From Promethearchaeota archaeon (GTDB lineage Archaea; Asgardarchaeota; Lokiarchaeia; Sigyniarchaeales; SOKP01): a DNA stretch of 64,000 nt. The notes under the pieces were generated by a model, which was not told the origin of the DNA, made no database searches, and saw nothing but the letters and a program-made list of their open reading frames with translations. The position numbers and the translations under genes are program-made. Where the stretch lies: positions 24,711-88,710 of the forward strand of contig JAEOTZ010000021.1 of NCBI GenBank assembly GCA_016839585.1. Reading direction: 5' to 3'. Positions 29,927-39,550 of the stretch are shown here, piece after piece; the stretch's first letter is position 1, and every line of letters begins with the position of its first letter.

Positions 29927-30874
29927 CTAAAACTTTGATAACTCATCAATTCTCTGATCTAATTTAGATATAACCTCATCCCATTTAGATAAAATTTCTT
30001 CTACTTTAGGAATAACTATATCTCTTTCCTTATATTCTAAATAACCCAAAAATTCTTTAATATTTTCAATCTTCATGAAAGTTTCTGCAACATACTTACG
30101 AATTTCGGATTTTTGGTTATCTAGAACTTCAGGAACTCTGTTGTGTTCCCCACGTCGTATTAATGTCGCTATATATTCTTCTGTTCCTTGCAAAAGGGAA
30201 TTTAATTGATTTATCCTTTCCATAATAAAGTTTTCATAGGTCTCAAAAATACTATCTTTTGGAAAGAAATTAGTGATATCAATAATAAATTTCTGGGTTA
30301 GCTTAACTAATTGCTCCATATTTTCATATCCCTCAATTCTATATTCAACTATATGATAAGATGCTTCGATACCTTTATTAACATCATTCAATCTAAAAAT
30401 TTTGAAACCAGGATCATTTTTTAATCGCTTTTCGGGATCCCCTTTTTTGTCTGCTACTTCAATTTGACGTATTAACCTTGTTGGATTAAATACGAGAGAA
30501 ACTGCTAATGGGTTATTGGTTTGATAAGACAATGTGGTTTTAATATCTATGTGGCTCATCATTACTTTAAAACCGGGATGAGAATGCCACCAGCCTACTG
30601 TAAATTCTTCTCGAGAAAACGCCTTATCATCAATAATATATAAAGCTTCATAATCTTCATCTGACCATTTATATTGGTCGATAACTGCATCCTTATCGAG
30701 TTTTTGATGCATAATGGGATAGGCTGCAGCAATCATTACGTCATCACCTTCATTTTTACCAATAAAAACACCACTTACTTCAAGCCAATCATCTTTTGGG
30801 ATTTTCTGGTTCGCAAATCTCACAGAGGCAGCAACTATTGTCAAATAAACCTTCTTCGGAATAATAACAGTCAT
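29927..30874 (-). CDS. MPN+/JAMM metalloprotease (Rpn11/CSN5-like) with helical C-terminus
   Basis: EVSGVFIG ... GWWHSHPGFKVMMSHID: complete E...HSH-x7-S-x2-D motif. Confidence 0.88.
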   Translation of the reverse strand: MTVIIPKKVYLTIVAASVRFANQKIPKDDWLEVSGVFIGKNEGDDVMIAAAYPIMHQKLDKDAVIDQYKWSDEDYEALYIIDDKAFSREEFTVGWWHSHPGFKVMMSHIDIKTTLSYQTNNPLAVSLVFNPTRLIRQIEVADKKGDPEKRLKNDPGFKIFRLNDVNKGIEASYHIVEYRIEGYENMEQLVKLTQKFIIDITNFFPKDSIFETYENFIMERINQLNSLLQGTEEYIATLIRRGEHNRVPEVLDNQKSEIRKYVAETFMKIENIKEFLGYLEYKERDIVIPKVEEILSKWDEVISKLDQRIDELSKF

Positions 30875-31040
30875 GTTCTTAAATCATTTTTCTAATTATT
30901 CAAATGGAATTATATTGATTAATACAAATTTTACTATTTATGTTTTAGTTTGAATATAAAATTATATAACTATGAAATTTATATTATAATATTATTACAA
31001 TATTCAATTCTCAAAATTATATGCAATTTTATAGATAATT

Positions 31041-31694
31041 ATGTCATTAGATTTCGAAGTTCTTACAAGTCAATTAGGTGTTCCTGGCACTTCCTATAGA
31101 CTTCAATTGGGATTAATTAATGGGAAATGGGCTTGTAGATTATTGAAGGGAAAAGACGTAATTGATTCATATGTATTCAAAGATGTAGATGTGCATGATG
31201 ATATTCCTAATCAAAATCGAATTGTCTCGTGGGTCTTAATGACTGTAGCTATTCCAAATATAAACCCTCATCAAATTATGAAAACAACCCAGGCCTTGGT
31301 CAAACAAGCACTCAAAAAGAAGGAAGAAAGAAAAGCAGTAGCACCCATATCTGAAACAAAAAAAGTAGAGTTAGAGAGAGTTCCCGAAAGTGAATTGAAA
31401 CGATCTAAAGTGGCAGGATGGGTTAAAGAAGAGGGAATGAAAACAGTTCAGGAATTAGAAGTTGAAAAACGACAAGCATTTAAAGAAAGGATGATAACTA
31501 AAAGGGAAGAAGAAAGAACTCGAGAGGCTTCTACTTTAAAAACCTCAAGAGAATTACCATCTATTCCAACAGGTGCAGGTGGATCAAATGTATCTGCTGG
31601 TGCTGAGGTATCAAAATTTTGTCCATTTTGTGGAAAAGATTTAGACTGGAAATTCTGCCCTTATTGTGGGAAACCTCTACCACATGAAGATTAA
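31041..31694 (+). CDS. Hypothetical protein with charged linker and C-terminal zinc ribbon
   Basis: FCPFCGKDLDWKFCPYCGKPL. Confidence 0.75.
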   Translation: MSLDFEVLTSQLGVPGTSYRLQLGLINGKWACRLLKGKDVIDSYVFKDVDVHDDIPNQNRIVSWVLMTVAIPNINPHQIMKTTQALVKQALKKKEERKAVAPISETKKVELERVPESELKRSKVAGWVKEEGMKTVQELEVEKRQAFKERMITKREEERTREASTLKTSRELPSIPTGAGGSNVSAGAEVSKFCPFCGKDLDWKFCPYCGKPLPHED

Positions 31695-31835
31695 TTTATT
31701 TTTATTTTAATAAAATCTATTTTTGAAAAAAATTATTTTTAATTTCTAAAATTCAATTCAAAAATTTAAAACATTTAAATTATATATAGATAAAAAATTA
31801 ACTATATCTAAAACTCATAAAAATCGTGATTAAAT

Positions 31836-33311
31836 TTGATATCTGATAAAACTGTCATCATTAAACCACTCGCGTATTATAAAATGCTCATTCATGTTTT
31901 ACGTTTTGGTTCTAAAGTAAGAGATCGCAAACAATATAAAGAGGTAATGGGGATCTTAATTGGTCGTCTTGAGTCAGGAGAACCTGATAAAAAAGGGATC
32001 AATGATGTAATTGTGGAAGATGCAGTACCAATTTCCCATGGCGGCTCAATAGAGGTTGCTTTTGCCCCAGAAGATTATGTAACATTCTCCATGGTTGATG
32101 CAGAATTTGCAGAAAAAGGATGGTTTAGTGTAGGGTGGTATCATTCACACCCTGGTTTGAAGATATTCTTTTCGAGTACGGATATAAAAAATATGCTTGG
32201 TTGGCAAACTCCTAACCCAAGCGCTATTGGAATTGTTTTCGATCATACTTTCTTAGAAAAACCTGGAGATATGGGATTTCGCGCATTTAGATTAGATGAT
32301 CCTTCTAAAGGTCAAACAACAGGTTATCATGAAGTAAAAACTGTAGTTGCACCTCCAGATAGTCTTGAATATTACCTAAAACTTATGGAATTGATTAACA
32401 GTGTTCACTCTAAAGAACCAACAATCTTAGAAATTAATGAAATGCCTGATTTATTTGGTGATATTGCTATTCCTAGTCAAGATCAATTAATAGCTAAGAA
32501 ACCAGAATTAGAATTAACTAAAATATTTTCTGCTATACAGAATGGAATATCAAGTTTTTTAGAGTTTACAATTGAACCATTTGTAACATTTCTTAATGTA
32601 TGGAGTCAAGAAATGATTAGAAAAACAATTGAATCTAATTTAGAAATGAGAAATAATATTTTAGCTATAAAGGAAAAGATTGGAAATGGTATCTCTAATA
32701 TACAAAAAGATTTTAAATTTTCCTTAAAAGATAAATTGAATCAATTAGATACGTATATCGATGATAAATTTGATGAATTTGATAATAACAATGAAAGTCT
32801 TAAAGAAATTATAAGTCAATTTAAAATTGAACTTAATGATAAATTGAAGGTTATATTTGAAGAAAAGCTAAAGGTTTCTCTAGATCAAGGTATAAACTCG
32901 TTTAAAGAAACTCTAGAAAATTTAACAAAAATAAATCAAGAAAGTTCTAATGTTTTTGAAAAATTAGAGAGTGAAAAAAATTCTCTAAATAGTATATCAG
33001 AGAAAATTAATTCTATTGAAGATTCAATCAACAATAAATTAAAGAATCTACAAGACGAAGTTATAAATAAACTATCCAAAAACACCAATAAAATTGTAGG
33101 AAATTTTATTAATTTAAATAAAGACACAAAGAGTTTCTTATCAGATTTAAAAGCCGCAATTATATTACTGGAAAGTTCAAAGAATCCTATACAGAATAAA
33201 ATAAAAACCCTAGAAATGGAAAATAAGACCCTCCAAAAAGATTTATTAGAGTTGAAAAATGAAAATCAAGATTTAATGAATAAATTAAAAAAATTAGAAG
33301 GAGGAGAATAA
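31836..33311 (+). CDS. MPN+/JAMM metalloprotease with long coiled-coil tail
   Basis: EVMGILIG ... VGWYHSHPGLKIFFSSTD (intact JAMM), IVFDH, AFRL; long heptad-rich C-terminal half. Confidence 0.9.
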   Translation: MISDKTVIIKPLAYYKMLIHVLRFGSKVRDRKQYKEVMGILIGRLESGEPDKKGINDVIVEDAVPISHGGSIEVAFAPEDYVTFSMVDAEFAEKGWFSVGWYHSHPGLKIFFSSTDIKNMLGWQTPNPSAIGIVFDHTFLEKPGDMGFRAFRLDDPSKGQTTGYHEVKTVVAPPDSLEYYLKLMELINSVHSKEPTILEINEMPDLFGDIAIPSQDQLIAKKPELELTKIFSAIQNGISSFLEFTIEPFVTFLNVWSQEMIRKTIESNLEMRNNILAIKEKIGNGISNIQKDFKFSLKDKLNQLDTYIDDKFDEFDNNNESLKEIISQFKIELNDKLKVIFEEKLKVSLDQGINSFKETLENLTKINQESSNVFEKLESEKNSLNSISEKINSIEDSINNKLKNLQDEVINKLSKNTNKIVGNFINLNKDTKSFLSDLKAAIILLESSKNPIQNKIKTLEMENKTLQKDLLELKNENQDLMNKLKKLEGGE

Positions 33312-34721
33312 TTGAAAATGCCCGAAAATGAATTAAACAACAATCAAGACAAAAATGAGAAAGATCAAACCATTTCAACGAAAAAAGGCAAAATTATAAT
33401 AAAAAAAGAAGCTTTCAGGAATATGATAACCCATGTTTTAAGATTTGGAAGCATTGTATTAGAAAAGAGTGTAGAGGTTATGGGGATTTGTTTAGGAGAA
33501 TTAACTGAAAATGAGAAAGACATTGTTTTAATTAATGCTATTCCGATCACTCATGGAAAAAAGGTATCAGCAGGTTTCACTAAAGAAGATTATGATTTAT
33601 TAACACAACTCGAAAAACAATATCAAAAGAAGAATCTCAATATCGTAGGATGGTATAGTTCTCACCCCGGGTGGGGTCTTTATTTTTCTGACATAGAAAT
33701 AAAAACTCATCAATTTTTTCAAAAGGAAAGTAATCCTAACGGATTTTGTATTGTTTTTGATCATACTTTAATGGATAAAGATAAGTCTTTTGGTTTTGAG
33801 ATTTATAGATTTGATGATTTTAAAAAAGCAGATAAATATCATAATGTAGTATTTGAAATTGAAGAACCAGCAGACCTAGATTACTTTAAATGGGTTCAGA
33901 AATTTGTAGAAGATTTTCAAAAACAGACACCTATCTTAATTAAAGAGATTAGTGAATCAAAAGAATCAATTCCGGGTGAATTACAAGAAATACCTATATC
34001 AGAAGAGATATCACCAGCAGAAGAATTAGATGACTATTCACATATTTTACCGATAATTTCAGGATTTCAAAAAGGAGTGTCTAAATTTTCTGAATTGATA
34101 ATAGATACCTTCAAGGCTCAATTTGGAGATTGGACTAATAATCTTAAAGAAGGATCTTCGAAAGGTTCAGAATATTTACGTAATAGCATAAATAAAATGA
34201 AAGAAGCAGCCTCTCAAAGTCTTATTAAAGTAGAGAATTGGTTTAACAAAAATATGGATAGTATGTTAAATGGATTTAAAGAAACTGTCGTTAATTATGT
34301 AGACAAAAGAGTTGAAGCTCAGACTCAGTTAAGAAATGAACTAAACAATATAAAAGAAGATCTATTTAATGATTTAAATATTATTGTTGATGAAAATTTA
34401 AAATATATTAAAAGTGAAATAGCATCTGTCGTTAAATTAACAACAGTCAAAGTAAATAATAGCGTTCAAATAAATTCTAAGATTGAAGAGATGACAGGCA
34501 GCATTTCTAAAGTAATTTTAGCAATTGAAAATGAATCAAGTGATCTTGGTAGTAAAATAGAAAAAAATATTGAAACAACGATCGATCAATTTGAAACAAG
34601 TATTAATGAAAAAATTGAAAAAATGAGTTCAGAATTACAACCATTTAAAGAATATTACTCAGAAATTAGTGAATTGTTAGAAAAGTTACAAAAAATAATC
34701 ACAGATTTTCGCAATATTTAA
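33312..34721 (+). CDS. Degenerate MPN (predicted inactive JAMM) protein with long coiled-coil tail
   Basis: EVMGICLG ... VGWYSSHPGWGLYFSDIE: first His to Ser and Asp to Glu, confirmed in DNA (TGG TAT AGT TCT CAC ... GAC ATA GAA). Confidence 0.88.
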   Translation: MKMPENELNNNQDKNEKDQTISTKKGKIIIKKEAFRNMITHVLRFGSIVLEKSVEVMGICLGELTENEKDIVLINAIPITHGKKVSAGFTKEDYDLLTQLEKQYQKKNLNIVGWYSSHPGWGLYFSDIEIKTHQFFQKESNPNGFCIVFDHTLMDKDKSFGFEIYRFDDFKKADKYHNVVFEIEEPADLDYFKWVQKFVEDFQKQTPILIKEISESKESIPGELQEIPISEEISPAEELDDYSHILPIISGFQKGVSKFSELIIDTFKAQFGDWTNNLKEGSSKGSEYLRNSINKMKEAASQSLIKVENWFNKNMDSMLNGFKETVVNYVDKRVEAQTQLRNELNNIKEDLFNDLNIIVDENLKYIKSEIASVVKLTTVKVNNSVQINSKIEEMTGSISKVILAIENESSDLGSKIEKNIETTIDQFETSINEKIEKMSSELQPFKEYYSEISELLEKLQKIITDFRNI

Positions 34722-34781
34722 CCATATAAAACTATTACTTTTTTCCTAAAAACTTATTATTAATTATAATCTAAAAATGGT

Positions 34782-35066
34782 TTAGAAAAACTGTAAACTT
34801 GAAACTCTAGAAATATGTAATCTATATTTAGGAATGTTAGTACTCAATCGCTTTAATTGATTCAATTTAGCAATTTTACCTAAAACTCTTCCTATTTTAT
34901 CAACTTTAATGTCAACTCCAAAATTTTCCTTTAGAACTGAATTAATTTTATAGGATGATAAAATAACTACGCTTGAGATATTTTTTTCGCATAGCAACTC
35001 AATTGCTTTTTTTACTAAGCGAATCAGAGTTTCTTTATTATCTATCTTAGTTTTTTCCATTCTCAA
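34782..35066 (-). CDS. Small basic protein, possibly winged-helix
   Basis: LSSYKINSVLKENFGVDIKVDKIGRVLGKIAKLNQL; helix-turn-helix-like pattern. Confidence 0.5.
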   Translation of the reverse strand: MRMEKTKIDNKETLIRLVKKAIELLCEKNISSVVILSSYKINSVLKENFGVDIKVDKIGRVLGKIAKLNQLKRLSTNIPKYRLHISRVSSLQFF

Positions 35067-35346
35067 GAATTTTAAAAAAATTTGCTATAATTAAATTTAT
35101 TATTAACTATTTTTAAAACTTTCATCTAAGTTTGATTCTTATTTTGGTTTTAACATTATAATTAGGTTTAAATTTAAAAAAATGATTTATTAATATAATG
35201 TCTATTAAGCAATCTAATTCTGTTATTTCTCTAAAAAATTTGAGCTCATTTAGAGTACAAAAAAGTTCAGAAGCAGAAATAAAATTACTGAAATTAAGGC
35301 GTTACATTTATCACATAATTCAAATATAGGGAAAGGTAGGTTCAGA

Positions 35347-37695
35347 ATGAAAAAAAAAGAGTTTATATCAAACCTTCGAACAAAGATTGCAGCCTTTAAG
35401 TCAAGAACAGGTGAAAAATTAAAGGATTATACTGATAAACTTGTTCACAAGGAAGTTTATGTTGATGGACAAGAACCTCCAAAATTTTATTCATTTGAAA
35501 AAAAATTTCTTGGCTTGTATATTATTTTTATAATATCATCTTTAGTTTTAATAATAGCAATTAACTTTTCACAAAATAATTTTATTGATACAATAATTTT
35601 TACTGTTTCAAATGCAATTGTTGCATTCTTCCTGCTACTATCTGCATTATTAAGTGTAGATAAGTTTAGATTATTTTTATTTGAAGAAAGAACTTTTATT
35701 AAACAAATTATTTTGTATTTAGCTTTATTTACTTTACTTATTCCAATTTCTTTTTATATCTCAACAGACATTAACTTCATAACTTATTTATCGATTTTTG
35801 CAATGATTTGGTTATTTCTTCTAAGCAGCAGATTCTATATTTATTCTAGGAAATTTGCTACAAAAATTGAAGCAAGATTTATTAAAAAATATTCCATCCC
35901 TAGATATCTTGTCGCCATTATTATTCCCTTTTTAATATTAGTTGTTCTTGTTATTCTTTCACTATTTTATAGGAGTTTCTTAGTGTTTCTTTCATTAGAT
36001 ATTTTTGGCAAGATTGATCCTAGTGCCGCTGTTAAAGTGTATAATCTAGAAATGCGTGTTGTTATGCCGCTAATTTATTTTAGTTTGGTATTGACCTTGG
36101 TATTTATAATTTTTGAATTCGTTTTTACTAGAAGGCGTGCAGAAACAAAAAGAGCTGGAACCTTTGACAATTTTACTTTTTCTTTAATTGTTTTATTCAT
36201 CTTTTTCTTTCAAATTTTAGAAATCAGTATCTTTATGTTATTAAGACCAGAAACAATAGATGCATTTAAAGCAACGGTAGGAGCTACTGTCTCGCCTGTT
36301 GGCATTATTTTAATTTTTGAGTTTATTATATCTATGTATTTTCTATATAGGGTTGTCAAAAAAACTGGTAGAACATTAGGATGGCGTATTTTTATATTTA
36401 AGAAAGACGGATTAGTTTTATTCTTTTTAGCATGTGTACTCGCTCAAACTATGACACGTTTTGCACTAACAAATGAAATAACAAATCAAGAAGTAACTCC
36501 AATTGGGATTTGGTTAATGGCGGATAAATATGTAATTTCAGTATTGATGATTTTTCTCTTAGGTAGTACTTTATTAGTCTATTATATAAAACCTCATGAG
36601 ACTTCAATGTTTATGAGACTTCAAAAAGAATTAGTATATGATGAAGAAAAGAATATTGAAAAAATTTATAAGATTATAAGAAGTGAATACATCCGGAGGG
36701 GAGAGGCTTTTCCAATTGAAATACTTGAGCGTGAATTAATTAAAGCAACTCGACTATCAAAAAGTAATGTTTACTCTCTAGTTGAGCAATTAGCGACTAA
36801 AGATATGGATATTCTTATAAATGAGAGAAAAGAAGAATTTGGTACACCCGTAAAATTTATAGATTTCACCTCTGTTACCGAACGATTTGATAGAAAAGGA
36901 AAAGCACAAGAAAAAGCTAAAAAATATTTAGCTAAAAGATTATATGAAACTAGTTTAGCGGAAAAGAGTGAAAAAAGCAGATTAAGAGCTGTCAGCGAAT
37001 CAGAAAAAGCTTCAGATCAACTTATTGCCTCTCTTACTACAAACTATGCAAAAAAGCAAGTAGACGAACAAGAAATGAAAAAAGTAAAAGAAGATGCAAA
37101 AATAACCAAAGATTTGAAAGTAAAATTAACAGATGCTTTAAAAAATCAGCTGTTACAAATGATTAAGGATGAATATTTTTATAGGATTGAAAACAATGAA
37201 AAGTTTCTTGACTTATATATCCCTATTTCTGAAATATCAGATCAAATTGAATTAAATACAAGAATAACTCCTGGAGAATTATATCCTATCTTAGAGAGGC
37301 TCAGTAGCGCTGATTTGGAATTGGTTCTAATAGAGAATCCCGATGAACCTGAGGATAAAAAAATCAAATTCTTACCTTTTTCTGATGATAGTATGAACTT
37401 CTCTTTAGCTAATTTTAGACCGGAAGAGTATGCTAAATTTAGAGTTCATGTAACTAAAAATTTTCATAGAGCTCTTAAAACCAAGAGAGAAAAAAGAGTT
37501 ATATATCAATTGAAAAAAGAGGTTTCAGATAAAAATGAAGATCAAAAATCGTGGTTTAATCTATTAGATAATTTATATAAATACTATCCTTTATATGCTG
37601 AAAAATTATCATCTGTTCCTAATACAACAAAACTTAGAAATCAATTGAGGAAAATGGAAGAATTTTATGAGAGAAAACGTACCTTAAACAGCTAA
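35347..37695 (+). CDS. Polytopic membrane protein (about 10-11 TM) with a soluble C-terminal half containing two related winged-helix-like units
   Basis: Hydrophobic aa ~55-415; KIIRSEY..PIEILERELIKATRLSKSNVYSLVEQL vs QMIKDEY..PISEISDQIELNTRITPGELYPILERL. Confidence 0.7.
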   Translation: MKKKEFISNLRTKIAAFKSRTGEKLKDYTDKLVHKEVYVDGQEPPKFYSFEKKFLGLYIIFIISSLVLIIAINFSQNNFIDTIIFTVSNAIVAFFLLLSALLSVDKFRLFLFEERTFIKQIILYLALFTLLIPISFYISTDINFITYLSIFAMIWLFLLSSRFYIYSRKFATKIEARFIKKYSIPRYLVAIIIPFLILVVLVILSLFYRSFLVFLSLDIFGKIDPSAAVKVYNLEMRVVMPLIYFSLVLTLVFIIFEFVFTRRRAETKRAGTFDNFTFSLIVLFIFFFQILEISIFMLLRPETIDAFKATVGATVSPVGIILIFEFIISMYFLYRVVKKTGRTLGWRIFIFKKDGLVLFFLACVLAQTMTRFALTNEITNQEVTPIGIWLMADKYVISVLMIFLLGSTLLVYYIKPHETSMFMRLQKELVYDEEKNIEKIYKIIRSEYIRRGEAFPIEILERELIKATRLSKSNVYSLVEQLATKDMDILINERKEEFGTPVKFIDFTSVTERFDRKGKAQEKAKKYLAKRLYETSLAEKSEKSRLRAVSESEKASDQLIASLTTNYAKKQVDEQEMKKVKEDAKITKDLKVKLTDALKNQLLQMIKDEYFYRIENNEKFLDLYIPISEISDQIELNTRITPGELYPILERLSSADLELVLIENPDEPEDKKIKFLPFSDDSMNFSLANFRPEEYAKFRVHVTKNFHRALKTKREKRVIYQLKKEVSDKNEDQKSWFNLLDNLYKYYPLYAEKLSSVPNTTKLRNQLRKMEEFYERKRTLNS

Positions 37696-37743
37696 AAAAA
37701 ATAAAATAATTTTAATTCTATTTTTAATATTTAAAGATAAGAT

Positions 37744-39057
37744 TTGCTGACTCAAAAAATTCAAGAATCAAATTTTAAAGTATTCATTGGATTATCATCT
37801 TTCCAAATTCTCGCTATGTTTAGGCGAGGATTATTTTATACATATCTATCAATTTATTTAAGATTCTATCTAAAATTATCAGTTACAGAAACGACTTTAT
37901 ACGCCACTCTACCAATGATAATGAGTGTATTGTTTCAAAATCTAGTTTGGGGTCCCATAAGTGATAAATTTCAACGTCGACGTTTGTTAATTATTTTAGG
38001 TGAATTAATCGCGGGGATTGGAACAATGCTAGTATGGGGCGTTCATTTTATTTTCGAGGAATTATATCTAGCTGGATACGTAATAATAATTGGTTTAACG
38101 ATTGTAGAAATGTTTTGGTCAATGTCAAACATTGGATGGAGTGCTCTAGTGAGTGATGTATACCCTTCTAAAAAGCGTGGTAAAATTATGGGCTATTTAA
38201 CTAGTATTGGAGGATCAGGACGTATTATAGGAATCTTTATCGGTGGATTTCTGTATGATGGAGGCTTGGGGTTTCGAAACGGAACATTATTTTTTATAGC
38301 ATCATTTACTATGTTTATTTCAACTATTCCAATGCTCCTCTTTGTTCCTGAAGGTGGTGTCACCTTAAGAAAGAAGCAAGAAGGGAATTCTGATATAGAA
38401 TTAGATGATGAGCAAAATAACATTTTTATATTTGTCATATTCATTATTGCCTTAACTTTTATAAATCTTGGAAGAGGTTCTATTACTGTTCCTTTCCCAC
38501 AATTTTTAAAATTGGAATCTGGTTTTGCAGTTGATGATATAATGCTCAGTTTTATTGCGAATACACGTTCAATTTCTGTTGTTTTAATTGGACTTTTAGC
38601 AGGAATATTAAGTAAAAAATTAGGCTATGCAAGGACCTTAATATTTGGATCAATTATTGGGATCATCGCTCTAATCATTATAGCAACTGCAGCCAATCTA
38701 CTAACCATTTTCCTTGGAAATTTCTTAATAGGTGCGGCTGAAGTAATTATATACGCCTCATCATACGCTTTTGCTTCAACTTTAATGACAGCAAGAATTC
38801 GAGCAAAATTATTTGGGGTATATAATACTACATTCTTCTTATCTTGGGGTTTAGCTTGTACTCTTGTATCTGGACCTTTAATAGATCTCTTAATAAACAA
38901 GGGAAAGAGTGATATTTTTGCGTATCAAATGGCATTTCTAGTAGGTGCGTTAACCTGCTTAATTGGTCTATTAATGTTCACTTTTTTAGAAATTTGGCTG
39001 AATATAAAAAAGAAAAAGTCAAAAGAAGCTTTAAACGACTCTAATATATTAATTTAA
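37744..39057 (+). CDS. MFS transporter
   Basis: Motif A WGPISDKFQRRRLL, GILSKKLGYAR; about 12 TM segments. Confidence 0.9.
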   Translation: MLTQKIQESNFKVFIGLSSFQILAMFRRGLFYTYLSIYLRFYLKLSVTETTLYATLPMIMSVLFQNLVWGPISDKFQRRRLLIILGELIAGIGTMLVWGVHFIFEELYLAGYVIIIGLTIVEMFWSMSNIGWSALVSDVYPSKKRGKIMGYLTSIGGSGRIIGIFIGGFLYDGGLGFRNGTLFFIASFTMFISTIPMLLFVPEGGVTLRKKQEGNSDIELDDEQNNIFIFVIFIIALTFINLGRGSITVPFPQFLKLESGFAVDDIMLSFIANTRSISVVLIGLLAGILSKKLGYARTLIFGSIIGIIALIIIATAANLLTIFLGNFLIGAAEVIIYASSYAFASTLMTARIRAKLFGVYNTTFFLSWGLACTLVSGPLIDLLINKGKSDIFAYQMAFLVGALTCLIGLLMFTFLEIWLNIKKKKSKEALNDSNILI

Positions 39058-39067
39058 ATCAAATTAC

Positions 39068-39223
39068 TTATTTATTATTTATTTTTTTCTTTTTTAGCTG
39101 AAATTCACTGCATACATTTATGGCTTTAGTATCATTACAATTATAATTCTTAGGTAAAATACAAGAATGATAAAAAGGACAAATAATTCTTATTTTTGAT
39201 TTTTGATTTGATTGTTCACTCAT
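39068..39223 (-). CDS. Small Cys-rich protein, 51 aa (below ORF-track cutoff)
   Basis: MSEQSNQKSKIRIICPFYHSCILPKNYNCNDTKAINVCSEFQLKKKKINNK*; AGGTGA SD just upstream of ATG. Confidence 0.55.
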   Translation of the reverse strand: MSEQSNQKSKIRIICPFYHSCILPKNYNCNDTKAINVCSEFQLKKKKINNK

Positions 39224-39332
39224 ATTCTCACCTAAACCCTTAAAGATGTTAATAAACAGATTCGTTGATTTATCTTTTTATTTACCAGTTAATATTATAA
39301 TTTGTAAAATATAAGATAAAAAATAAAATTTA

Positions 39333-39500
39333 TTATTTACAACAATTTTCACAGATAAACTCATCCAAATCTATGTAACCACAAGATTCTCCCATATAAC
39401 ACTCTAACGCTCCAGTTTCTTCATTAAAAATCATATCTTGACCACAATGTTGTGGAAGCGTCTCAACAACATTTCCACATTTAATACATTTTAATTCCAT
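39333..39500 (-). CDS. Small Cys-rich metal-binding protein, 55 aa, paralogous to the CopA C-terminal tail (below ORF-track cutoff)
   Basis: MELKCIKCGNVVETLPQHCGQDMIFNEETGALECYMGESCGYIDLDEFICENCCK*; AGGTGA SD. Confidence 0.8.
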   Translation of the reverse strand: MELKCIKCGNVVETLPQHCGQDMIFNEETGALECYMGESCGYIDLDEFICENCCK

Positions 39501-39550
39501 AATTTGTGTATCACCTTTTATTTTTATTTGTACTAATAATTACTATTTCT

